Assembly (NCBI GenBank): GCA_008690995.1
Contig: VRMN01000004.1
Coordinates: 1,426,001-1,490,000 of the forward strand
Direction of reading: 5' to 3'
DNA from: Porphyridium purpureum
Lineage: Eukaryota
Length of the DNA: 64,000 nucleotides
The first letter of the stretch is position 1. The number at the start of each line of letters is the position of its first letter. Below are positions 49,001-57,793 of the stretch, in pieces. The position numbers and the translations under genes are program-made. The notes below the pieces were generated by a model. That model made no database searches, was not told where the DNA came from, and was given only the letters and a program-made list of their open reading frames with translations.

Positions 49001-52000
49001 TCGGCACATCTAGCAGGCATGCAGCCCGTGTGGCACCTTCGACGGTTGCCGCTGACGCCACAGAGATTCCGCCGTCTGAACCTGCTTCGACTGAAATGCA
49101 CATTTCGATGGACACAAGTGGTGGCGGGGACAATACATCACGAACCGAAGCCCAAGCAGACAGCGAGGATTTGGTCGTCTCCACGGCCCATCCAGCGGCT
49201 CTGCATCATGAATCAGACAATAATGTGGGCGCGGCGGTTCTACGACGAGCGAATGAGTTGGGGGTTTCGCTGGACGCGCCCGCGGTCGAAGATCCAACCG
49301 TTGTGCAAGACGTTACGCGAGAGACAGGCATCGATCCGACGTTTTTGGCCGCATTGCCCGAAGATGTTCGCCGAGAAGTGATTGGCGCTCATTTTGACCG
49401 GCTCATTTCGACCTCTTCGCTCAGAGGCAGCGATGGAGTAATGGCCAATCCCAATTTGAGCACGGAATTGAATATCTCCAGTGCGTCCTCCGCAATGAAT
49501 GAGGCTCTGACAGGAAACTCGGTATCTTTGGGCAGAGACTTTTTGCACGCATTACCGCCTGATATTCGAACCGAAATTCTCGAAGCCGAAGTGCGCATCC
49601 TGTCTGTGCACAATAACCAGGTACCATCGAATGCAGATGCAAGTGGTGGTGGGAATGCGTCCGCCGTAGTAATTGACAGGGGAGACGGATCGGCACAAGC
49701 ACCTGCCACAGGAACCAATCGCACAAGTGAAGTCGCTTCGCCGGTTGCAGATGCCAACGCAGTTTTCTTCTCTTCCTTGCCAGACGACTTGAGGCGCGAG
49801 ATTCTTGCGACCTCAGACGACAGCTTTATTTCGTCTCTGCCTCCCGCGCTTGCGGAGGAAGCTCGGCATTTACAGGGACAGCGAAACGCTGGTATGAGAG
49901 GATCACTCCTTGGCATTGCGGCATCGCTGGGGAACGGAACAGCATCGGGCACCACCGAATTAGGCCTGCCCGCTCTGGTAGGTTCGGCCCCTAATCGGGT
50001 GCACCGACGACTGGGCAGCACTGATTTTGGCGCATTGTATGGAATCATGGACAACGCGGACGACCTCAGCGCGCTCCTTCGCGGCCGACCTCAAGGTCGT
50101 AACCATGGCGATGAGAGCGGAGGGAATGGCAATGATCGCCATCGTGATCCAAGCTCGGTTACAACGGTATACAGACTTCGCGCACGGAGCAGCGGATTGA
50201 CAGGGTCTTTTAGATCTGCTCTGGCTATGAATGGGGGCCGAGGGGGAGGTTACGGTCGACGCACGGCTGGTCTGCTGGGCGCGAGTAATGTGACGGATGC
50301 GTATGATCCAATGCTTGCTGACTATGGCAGACCTGGCAGTTCTAGTGCGCAGTTTCGCACTTCGACTTCAGGTATGACCGATCGCAACATGTACAACCAT
50401 TGGCTCACATCCTTGGAGCAGCACCAGCGCTACCCATTTCCGCTTGCAATACAACCTGACAGCGAGCGAGCGCCGCGAATTGGTGACCTGGTCACGCGCA
50501 TTTTTAATGGGGATTCGGCTGGATTACGTGTGAATGCTGGATCTGGCCATGTGAACGGTATTGAGCACGCTCATCGCAGTCCGGGTCGTCGCGCACCGGC
50601 AATCTCTGGATCCAATGTTAAACGGCACGGGGAGGCAGGCGATGATGCTCCCACACAGCGCGTGAAAGAGTTTATGAGCGAAGAGGCCGTGGTCTGCATG
50701 TTGAGTTTGCTTTTCCAACCGGGTTCTTTTTCCAGAGCCTCCAGCTCTGGCAGATCAAACTCTTTTTCGATGATTTCTGTTAATCGCGTTCTTCTCTTCG
50801 TGTCTGAGAATGAGCGCTTATGTAGGTTTGTCCTTGTGGTACTGATGGAGCTAGTAGAAGTTCTGTTGGGGATTCCGCAGGAAGAAATGGTCGAAGGCGC
50901 TCTACCGTTCCTTTTGCATGAAAAGATCCGTCTAAGCACCGCCGCGGGTTTGAATGCGCATGTGGTATCAGAGCGTGCGGTAGTTGCGCAACGTGCACTC
51001 GATCTGATACACCATTTAATAATGTACAACGAGAGTGCAGTGCGTCAACTTTTTTCTGAGGACATTAGTTCGGAGAAAGGCGACAGAATGGCCTCGAACA
51101 CCATGTTCGTGCGTCTTTTGCGCTTGCTCGAACCCCGCTTTTCCGGCGGTGGTCCAAGCGCCTCGGGCTTCTGGTCGAGCTTGGACACTCTAATTTCAAT
51201 CATTTCGCACGCAAGCTCATGTCCGGCCTTGACGATATCTCCGGAGAAGGTTCAGAAGTCGACGCAATCAGATGCGGGGCCCGCAGAAGCTACAAGTTCC
51301 AAAGCATCATCCGGCGGGCGTGTCACGTCACAGGATGGAAACGCTCCCCCGCAATTTTCGATAGCTGTGCCCATGCTTAATGCACAGGAGGTGCGGAACC
51401 TTGTCAGTGTATTGGGGTGGACGGCGTGTTCAGAAAAAACGCTCCATCGCGTGGAAAAAGTCTTGAAGCGGCTGTGCTGCATTTGTGATGGCGATCCACC
51501 AAATCTGAATCCGAACGGCGTGGTCGCTGCTAGAGTGTTGAAGCGTGAATTATGTGCTTTGGCAGACCGAATTGGCATCGAGTACGATCGTTTCCGTACG
51601 CGCTTCTGCAACGCTAGTGGTAGCAGTTCCTCGGGGAGTGAGGACGCGAACACCTTTGCAGTGCGACATGAGCTCATTCGAGGGTTCGCGTCAGATGCGC
51701 ATGAACACGAGGTGCAATTCTTGCGTTTTGCAAAGACGTTTGCCTCCTTAGACGAGCACGCAGCGTTTGCCAAGCTCGTGGCCGCTCATGATGATGATGA
51801 CAACGACGCAAAGGATGATTTCCTTCTTGACTCTCTGTGGGAAAAGCTGGGTCAGGTTTTGGAAATCCTAGAGTCGTCCGGAATCGATCCGTACAAGTCG
51901 CTTGCATCCTTTGATGTGTCAGACGGGGAAGGGGATGGCGAAGGCGATGACAATCGGGATAAGAAGGGTAAGAAGAGCGACGCGGTTCCAGCGCTTAGTC

Positions 52001-53433
52001 GAGTAAGTCCCGTCATGGAAGCATTCTTCGTGATGCAGGAGCACCGGTTGCGGCGGTCCTCTTTCGATAACGCTCCCGACTCCGGTTCTGGTACTTTGTT
52101 GAACCCAGTGGAAGGGCAAGATGAGAAGGCGCAGAGGAAGAGTGCGGATGATTCAAAGTTTGATGCCTTTGTTGACACCCACCGCGCCGCGATCAATGCC
52201 CTTCTGCGCTTGCGGCCAGGGCTATTGGAGGGAAGCATGAAATGTGTACTTGAGCATCCTCAACACCTGGACTTTGAAAACAAGCGCGCATACTTTCGAT
52301 CGCAAATTCGGCGCCAGCGTGCGAGCGCGCCGCCGGTTTCTTCACTGCGCATTCACGTGCGGCGCGAGCAAGTCTTTGAAGACAGCTACCACCAGCTGCG
52401 GCTGAAGAGTGCCGCTGAGATGAAGGGGCATTTGCACGTTGAATTTGTCGGCGAGGAAGGGATCGACGTGGGCGGGGTCACCCGTGAGTGGTATGCAATC
52501 CTCGCGCGGCGTATTTTCGACCCAAACCATGCACTGTTTGTTCGCTCGGCGGCAAAGACCGCAACGTACCAGCCGAATACGCTTTCGTATGTTAATGAAG
52601 ACCATCTGGCGTTCTTCCGCTTTGTTGGGCGCATTTTTGCAAAGGCGATTTACGACGGCGCTCTTCTGGACGCGTATTTCACGCGTTCTTTCTACAAGCA
52701 TATTCTTGGCGTGAAGCCGTCTCTGCATGACCTCGAACCGGTGGATCCAGACTACTACAAGAGCATGGTTTGGATTTTGGAGAACGATATTACGGATGTG
52801 TTTGGAGAAGGTGATTTGACCATGAGTGCCGAATACGACGAATTTGGCGCCAATCGTGTTGTAGACCTCATACCGAACGGCCGTCATGTCGCTGTGACCA
52901 ACGAGAACAAGCGCGCGTACGTGCAGCATGTGACGGACCTTCGACTCACCAAGGCTATTGAGAAGCAAATCGAGCATTTTTTGGCCGGGTTTTACGACAT
53001 TGTGCCGCGCGAGCAGATCGCTCTGTTCAACGAGTGCGAGCTGGAGCTGCTAATGAGCGGCACGCCGGAAATTGACGTGGCGGACCTGAAGGCCAACGTT
53101 GAGTACAGCGCTGGCTACTCAGCGTCTCGCGCCCAGATTGTATGGTTCTGGCGCTCCGTCGCGCTCATGGACAAGGATGATCTGGCTCGACTGATCATGT
53201 TTGTAACAGGTACGAGCAAGGTGCCCCTCGAGGGCTTTGCGGCGTTGCCGGGCATGAATGGCGGCGTGCAAAAGTTCCAGATCCACCGCGTCGCCGGTGA
53301 CTCCGATCGGCTTCCCAGCGCACATACCTGCTTCAATCAGCTCGACCTGCCAGAATACTCTTCGTTCGAAAAATTGCATGACCGTCTTCTGATCGCCATC
53401 CGCGAGGGGGCGGAGGGCTTTGGGTACGCTTGA
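46003..53433 (+). CDS. HECT E3 ubiquitin ligase, HUWE1/Tom1/UPL1-type C-terminal part
   Basis: Acidic tract, three UBM repeats (IDPTFLAALPEDVRREV etc.), LDFENKR, HECT domain ending LPSAHTCFNQLDLPEY...EGFG. Confidence 0.93.
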   Translation: MASGNDEEAYEEDMMESEDDLQDRILAGMDEESTESYSDSEGDSESEGIFGDGHLDREVELEHHYHHHHESDEEDGESEDEQDDPDDEEDEDEDDEDDAESDEMHHSGVDDSDEDDDEFNESFRLVFDLDRMDRDELLDMDMDASDGGEDFRGLISRRFALRENVGGYGDTDLMDAHAHDARPRARYGASVSERTELEDDSAYEVTLDARRGFLLNSATSSSHANARAATALLNIPQQAWMSLAIGIFQSLGDSPGIPTPFGVDPMQRAFRFDFTPDTLTGHKTGLCQQLHQQDQNQNTADHEGAGSSQSSAGAHAVPAAAVPELSATSAVQSKTNTATTITAVPAPIVYVTKPSEAIELLFRSGAMDDLSVSGKAPLKLGASASANDGHMHTKASTSNRRGRGTAGTACSIANETRHASKASFQTAGADSAAAARTSSLLANALVLESLGFNAQDCAYVKSLLDVCPKEKDEHRSVESDKRHASTNDKEKDKDRDASQSGNAYFGKCVAELDRWGSLSMMRVFPAQRAGERSSSGITSAFKTIPGWSARELRLSFHHLANNSLRGVTREEIDAWLMPFENHHALDEITTSGFAGAGSSARRGAGRFRSYAVNPSTTYTSAAASQNIRKGVRPPVLHPLLSPPFPSSVCRDAAGTEARASECGAGSALSKPDKLRMALDALEKKVMDARFEALRSLQRIIASHGATNPTSDVKGKQRQSQAPPHMKHTGEQSWMPGMRKDVHAFANTFLSMPQSSQEKLIGGSEGVRVGFGFPHGANAFTHTISPAAFAGSYSSRFLLREREKDVPVGVHDRWSMDPQGQGGDELLALRSHALDAAAGLAETGMDLRHRLANASGTDLNMRDRLCLRACGRAQGFPSGSSLALPGAPHLIGLGAGTAPVAPAAPTTIPNAGLSSPQEALLVAISVLLEGVNAAEQQIFDSESTRAADSAVAEVKGIAEGSESPGTLAEVGKTENLSEMMSDGSPAQTVLDDRRTEQLAEVGTSSRHAARVAPSTVAADATEIPPSEPASTEMHISMDTSGGGDNTSRTEAQADSEDLVVSTAHPAALHHESDNNVGAAVLRRANELGVSLDAPAVEDPTVVQDVTRETGIDPTFLAALPEDVRREVIGAHFDRLISTSSLRGSDGVMANPNLSTELNISSASSAMNEALTGNSVSLGRDFLHALPPDIRTEILEAEVRILSVHNNQVPSNADASGGGNASAVVIDRGDGSAQAPATGTNRTSEVASPVADANAVFFSSLPDDLRREILATSDDSFISSLPPALAEEARHLQGQRNAGMRGSLLGIAASLGNGTASGTTELGLPALVGSAPNRVHRRLGSTDFGALYGIMDNADDLSALLRGRPQGRNHGDESGGNGNDRHRDPSSVTTVYRLRARSSGLTGSFRSALAMNGGRGGGYGRRTAGLLGASNVTDAYDPMLADYGRPGSSSAQFRTSTSGMTDRNMYNHWLTSLEQHQRYPFPLAIQPDSERAPRIGDLVTRIFNGDSAGLRVNAGSGHVNGIEHAHRSPGRRAPAISGSNVKRHGEAGDDAPTQRVKEFMSEEAVVCMLSLLFQPGSFSRASSSGRSNSFSMISVNRVLLFVSENERLCRFVLVVLMELVEVLLGIPQEEMVEGALPFLLHEKIRLSTAAGLNAHVVSERAVVAQRALDLIHHLIMYNESAVRQLFSEDISSEKGDRMASNTMFVRLLRLLEPRFSGGGPSASGFWSSLDTLISIISHASSCPALTISPEKVQKSTQSDAGPAEATSSKASSGGRVTSQDGNAPPQFSIAVPMLNAQEVRNLVSVLGWTACSEKTLHRVEKVLKRLCCICDGDPPNLNPNGVVAARVLKRELCALADRIGIEYDRFRTRFCNASGSSSSGSEDANTFAVRHELIRGFASDAHEHEVQFLRFAKTFASLDEHAAFAKLVAAHDDDDNDAKDDFLLDSLWEKLGQVLEILESSGIDPYKSLASFDVSDGEGDGEGDDNRDKKGKKSDAVPALSRVSPVMEAFFVMQEHRLRRSSFDNAPDSGSGTLLNPVEGQDEKAQRKSADDSKFDAFVDTHRAAINALLRLRPGLLEGSMKCVLEHPQHLDFENKRAYFRSQIRRQRASAPPVSSLRIHVRREQVFEDSYHQLRLKSAAEMKGHLHVEFVGEEGIDVGGVTREWYAILARRIFDPNHALFVRSAAKTATYQPNTLSYVNEDHLAFFRFVGRIFAKAIYDGALLDAYFTRSFYKHILGVKPSLHDLEPVDPDYYKSMVWILENDITDVFGEGDLTMSAEYDEFGANRVVDLIPNGRHVAVTNENKRAYVQHVTDLRLTKAIEKQIEHFLAGFYDIVPREQIALFNECELELLMSGTPEIDVADLKANVEYSAGYSASRAQIVWFWRSVALMDKDDLARLIMFVTGTSKVPLEGFAALPGMNGGVQKFQIHRVAGDSDRLPSAHTCFNQLDLPEYSSFEKLHDRLLIAIREGAEGFGYA

Positions 53434-53553
53434 TCTGCTCTCTTACATGTAAACTGCATGTCCCAGGAGGCCCGTGACCGCCCGTTCTCCTAAACGTGTA
53501 CATCTGAGTTTGTTTGTCTAGTCTTGTAGAATGAGTTTCTGTTCATTGATTTG

Positions 53554-54066
53554 TTATTGTGTCATCTCTGCGAACGGATTGGCGTGGATGGTGACCGACT
53601 CTATGGCTATAGGCGCCACTGGCCGATCTACTTCTGGGTCTGTGTCACTACTCTCGATTCTCTGTAGCGTTTCCCACCCGTCAATCACGCGACCAAAGAC
53701 TGTTCCGACACCAGCCGTACCCGGCAGCGCGCCCAGCGTGATGAGAAACTGGCTGCCATTCTGGTCGGGCGCGGCAGACGCCGTCGCCAGTACTCCGCGA
53801 TGAGCTAAGCGCACAAGCAGTTCACCTCCACTCGGCGGCGCTTCGTCTTCAAAAGGTGCCCCATAAATCGACTTGTTCACCGTGCCTACGCCGTGCGGAT
53901 CCGAACCGCCCTGGACAAGCAAGCGCGGAATTACGCGGTGAAACACGACGCCGTTGTAGAAGCCGCTCGCACAGAGCGCCAGGAAGTTCTTGCTCGCAAT
54001 CGGACACTGCTCACACTCGAGCTCGAGTTTGAGCGGGCCGCGCGTGGTGTGGAGAGTCACTGCCAT
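53554..54066 (-). CDS. Cyclophilin-type PPIase, PPIL3-like (divergent)
   Basis: MAVTLHTTRG, NFLALCASG.Y, FHRVI, SIYG.PFEDE, NGSQF, VFGRVIDG, TIHANP. Confidence 0.9.
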   Translation of the reverse strand: MAVTLHTTRGPLKLELECEQCPIASKNFLALCASGFYNGVVFHRVIPRLLVQGGSDPHGVGTVNKSIYGAPFEDEAPPSGGELLVRLAHRGVLATASAAPDQNGSQFLITLGALPGTAGVGTVFGRVIDGWETLQRIESSDTDPEVDRPVAPIAIESVTIHANPFAEMTQ

Positions 54067-54084
54067 TGTAACGCACTCGTTGCG

Positions 54085-54648
54085 ATGGCGGGCGATGGGA
54101 CCGACTCGCTAAATCAGCGCGAGACACGCGAAATGCAGCGCTGCGAAAAACTTCGTGCTGGCGCACTCAGTGATCCGACGGTCAAGTTTATGTTGGAGCA
54201 CTTACAAAAGGCCGGCTGCGTAATGCCCGAGGAGGCGATTCGATGCATGCGTTGTGATGAGCGCGTGTTCGGCGGCTATCAAGGCGACGGCTCGATCGTG
54301 ATGGCGGCCAACCACATAGCGACCCAGGGCATCGCGAACGCGACGCTAGTACATGAGATGGTGCATGCGTTTGACGAGTGCCGGGCTTACATGGACTGGA
54401 ACAGCTGCAAGCAGCACGCGTGCAGCGAGGTGCGCGCGGCCGCTCTCTCGGGTGACTGCAACTGGGGAAAAGAGATACAGAGGGGGAATTTCAACTTTGC
54501 CAACCAGTTTCCGAGATGCATACGCAGACGCGCAGAGCTGTCCGTCGCGATGAACCCAAATTGTGGACCTGTGCTCGCGAAGGAGGCGGTTGCTGATGTG
54601 TTTGAGGTGTGCTATAATGACACCATGCCTTTCGACCGCATTCCTTGA
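54085..54648 (+). CDS. ATP23: Mitochondrial inner membrane metalloprotease ATP23
   Basis: PTVKFM, HEMVH (HExxH), HACSEVRAAALSGDC, CIRRRA..SV, CYNDT.PFD. Confidence 0.95.
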   Translation: MAGDGTDSLNQRETREMQRCEKLRAGALSDPTVKFMLEHLQKAGCVMPEEAIRCMRCDERVFGGYQGDGSIVMAANHIATQGIANATLVHEMVHAFDECRAYMDWNSCKQHACSEVRAAALSGDCNWGKEIQRGNFNFANQFPRCIRRRAELSVAMNPNCGPVLAKEAVADVFEVCYNDTMPFDRIP

Positions 54649-55259
54649 CAAAGGTGTCCTAGAAGCGCTTGCGGCCTTGTTGCGCAAAACACCCGCATGA
54701 TCTGTGTGATACCTCATACGCGATGAATTTTCATTTCTTGGCCCGCTTCTATTAATGAGAGTAAAGAACGCTACCAGGCATCCTTGAACATGGGTCACCA
54801 CACACATTTTCTTCAGAGTGGCGAAGCGCGAGAAGAAACGACATGGAGAATTCTGCAATCCAATCTCACGATCAGGGTGTTCACAACAAGCTTTTATCGT
54901 ATGCCTCGCCATCGTTCCAATACCTGACGCTGGCGCAAAGGGTGGGCGAGTTGGATGAAGGCCTGACAACGCGTTTCTCGGAGAAAAGCAATTGACGCAT
55001 TTCTGACCGAATTTTCTTGTTTCCTTCTGTGATGGAGGCGTCACGAAGCGTCTCGTGACTGCTCGTGTGTCCGAGTGCTCAACCTTTCTCGCCGAATGGA
55101 TATCACGAGCGCTCGGCATGCGGTCAATGCAATTAACAGCCTCTTTCAAGAGAGACAAGACTGCTGGTGGCTCTCCGAGGACGAAGGAGAACAGTGTGAG
55201 CGGTCGCGGGAAGAGGGAAGAAAGAAGAGTGCGGAAGCCATAGGACAAAGACGCTTGCG

Positions 55260-55865
55260 ATGGTGCTCAGAGTTCCCGTGTATCGGATATCTGAACCCCA
55301 CCATAGGAGGACATGTCCATTGCCAACATCCCCACGGACAGCCGCCTACGCGTGGTTGAGCCTCCCAATGTGTTTCACAGAGCTGTGCTCGATTGTGGAA
55401 GATGTTGGCAAAAGCGAAAATGAAGGTATTGCGTTCTTGGAGCTTGAATGTGACGCTGTTCCAGGTATTCGAGACTTGCTACTTCAAGAGTTACGAGAAA
55501 GAATACCCAGCGTAGAGAACGCGTTGTCGAGCCGCACTCTAGAAATTTTGCTGGAGCTTAACGATATCGCGAAGACAATCCAGGACCTTGCGATCCAGGT
55601 TGACTTTTGGGAGTATGCATTCCAGTTTTTGGTGGAAGTCAAACACAGAAGCCTCCGCAACGCGCTTGAGCGTATGCCAGATGTGATACTATTTTGCGGG
55701 TCAAGGAGTGAATTTGCTCAGGAACTCATTAATTCAAATCATACGGTCCCGTATATTTTGCAGAGCTACATTGACTGGGACAGAATGGGTTATGACATGG
55801 AAGCAAATGGTGAAATTTTCCTCGTGGCGCCCGAGCTGTATATTGTTAACCCCCATGACTTGTAA
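55260..55865 (+). CDS. Antirestriction protein ArdA-like
   Basis: WLSLP near the N-terminus; C-terminal FCGSRSEFAQELI...VPYILQSYIDWDRMGYDMEANGEI matches the ArdA signature (EFAEELI...IPE.L..YIDYE..ARD...G); net acidic. Confidence 0.7.
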   Translation: MVLRVPVYRISEPHHRRTCPLPTSPRTAAYAWLSLPMCFTELCSIVEDVGKSENEGIAFLELECDAVPGIRDLLLQELRERIPSVENALSSRTLEILLELNDIAKTIQDLAIQVDFWEYAFQFLVEVKHRSLRNALERMPDVILFCGSRSEFAQELINSNHTVPYILQSYIDWDRMGYDMEANGEIFLVAPELYIVNPHDL

Positions 55866-55931
55866 GCACTAGTACGGACGGTATGCTTCCATGCTAGCAC
55901 GCAAGAGACCTAATATCTCGTGGCAGAAATA

Positions 55932-56534
55932 CTAAAAGGCCTCTTCGCACTCAGAAAGCGTGACCAGCGCGCGTGCCCATTTGATATATTTCCAATTTCC
56001 AAGCTTTCCAATCGTGTCGAGCTTGTACGCCTGCAGCGCCTCATCTGCCTTCGATGTGATGCCCTGTAGCGCGGACGGCGGCAACGCAATGATTTCCGAA
56101 AGCGATTTTGTTTCGTGCTCTTTGTCCACCGCCTTATTTATGTTCATCATGGATCCAGCTGGACGCTTCCCTTCGCGCTCCAGCTCCTGCAACACTGCAA
56201 TTGCGGTTGCCCACTTGCCAAATTTCCACTCGGCAAGATCCTTGATTGTCTTCACATTCAGGGTCGCAAACATTTCGTCTGCGCGGGTTGTGATGCCCTG
56301 CAGCTGGTGCACGGGGCCGTTGACAATCTCGCGAAGAGTTTTACCCTCGGCAGCCTTCACCACGCATTCGGAGAGGTTCATTGAGTGCGACTCTAGACCC
56401 ATCGTAATCCAGCGTTTCTTCTGCGCCAGCATCACCCGTGGCGCCGATTTCGCGACGCACGCCACGCGCCACGGGCGTGCACGTGCGCCAATCCCAATCC
56501 CAATCCCATTATTCACAAATGCAACCATCTTCAT
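55932..56534 (-). CDS. Plastid-targeted protein with two tandem ~70-aa bacterial-type domains
   Basis: MVAFV transit motif; repeats MNLSECVVKAAEGKTLREIVNGPVHQLQGIT..ADE..KTIKDLAEWKFGKWATAI and MNINKAVDKEHETKSLSEIIALPPSALQGIT..ADE..DTIGKLGNWKYIKWARAL. Confidence 0.8.
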   Translation of the reverse strand: MKMVAFVNNGIGIGIGARARPWRVACVAKSAPRVMLAQKKRWITMGLESHSMNLSECVVKAAEGKTLREIVNGPVHQLQGITTRADEMFATLNVKTIKDLAEWKFGKWATAIAVLQELEREGKRPAGSMMNINKAVDKEHETKSLSEIIALPPSALQGITSKADEALQAYKLDTIGKLGNWKYIKWARALVTLSECEEAF

Positions 56535-57216
56535 CGCACGATAGTTCCCTACAAATGCCCTTCAGCCCGTCGCGCCGCTCGCCGATCGCCAAAAAGTATC
56601 CTAACACCTGCCGGGGATCACACTAAATGACAGTCCGCAGCAGCCGCGTGCGGGAACTGGCCACGTGCCCGATGTTGCCTGAATCGACAGCTTGTGGCAC
56701 GGCGTATCCTGCTCGGATCGCGGCGCTTAGCCAGGTTCCAAAAATTTGTGCTGCGTCCACCGGCAGACTCCCCCGTGAAGCAATAAACAGATATGAACTC
56801 GCGCTTCCGCCTCGTCGCAGATCCAACTTGGCCAATCGCTCGCGGACGTCAAACCTGCAGTGCACCCTTTCCTCCCTCGCGCGTCGCGTGGCTTTCGTCG
56901 CGGACCTTGCTTGTTGAGGATACTGAGTCGCACGCACGCTTGCAGATTCGGCTTGCGCAGGTCTCGTTCGCACCGACACACCCTCGTAGGACGAGTCGTT
57001 GTGCAATCGAGCCGGCACCAGCTGACAGCACCGGCGTTATCGGTTCGTCAATTAATGATACCGATGCCTCTTAAACGGTTTCGGGAGGGAGGAGTGGGGG
57101 GATCGCAGGAGAAATGCCCGACGTGTGAGGGATTGTATTCGTGAGAGCTCTGACAGGCTGGCTCGTGCCCTTGAGATTGTGTTGCTCGCAGAGCGACGCA
57201 CAACAGCACGCGAAAT

Positions 57217-57762
57217 ATGGCGACTAGCGCGTTCCACTTCCCGGCGTTCCATGCCTTTCCGCCTTCGTACACGCGGCAGCCCGTGCGCGCGACGCGGGAA
57301 AAGCAAGTGAGCCTGTGGTGCGATCTGATGCTTGCGTTCTGCAAGCACCGCGGCGATTTCTGGGTGGACATGGCGGAGATTACGCAGTCAGAGCTCTTTG
57401 TGAACGCGGCCATCAATCGGCGTATGAAAGGAGAGGACGTCGTGTTCCTGTTCGACGAGCTCGTGAATCGCGGTGATGCTCAGTGGGACGTGCAAGGTGC
57501 CGGGAAGACCAGGTGCCTGGTCTTCTGGCGAAGCCCGGCAGAGTGGGGTGACTTGGTTTACACGTATATTGACCGCACGGGACAGAACAATAGCGTCATG
57601 ACCTTGTATGAGCTGCGGTGCTCGGACATGACAAAAGGAGAGCCATTCCATAATCTCGACCTCGACTTGATGCTCCTTGCGCTTCAGAGCCTGGAACTTG
57701 CCAACAAGGCGGCCATCTTTGAAGGCGCTAAATCAGACCAGTTGGGTGTCAAGTTCTTATAA
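57217..57762 (+). CDS. VPS25: ESCRT-II subunit VPS25
   Basis: FP..HAFPPSYTRQP, LFVN.AINRR, WRSPAEW, TLYEL, GVKF. Confidence 0.95.
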   Translation: MATSAFHFPAFHAFPPSYTRQPVRATREKQVSLWCDLMLAFCKHRGDFWVDMAEITQSELFVNAAINRRMKGEDVVFLFDELVNRGDAQWDVQGAGKTRCLVFWRSPAEWGDLVYTYIDRTGQNNSVMTLYELRCSDMTKGEPFHNLDLDLMLLALQSLELANKAAIFEGAKSDQLGVKFL

Positions 57763-57793
57763 ACAAGTTTATACAGTACATTTCCAAGTCGAA

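Noticed and set aside
54346..55248. 300-aa minus-strand ORF
   Set aside because: It overlaps ATP23 antisense by about 300 bp and has no recognisable domain.
56623..57018. 131-aa minus-strand ORF before VPS25
   Set aside because: Non-ATG start and no motif; it cannot be supported.
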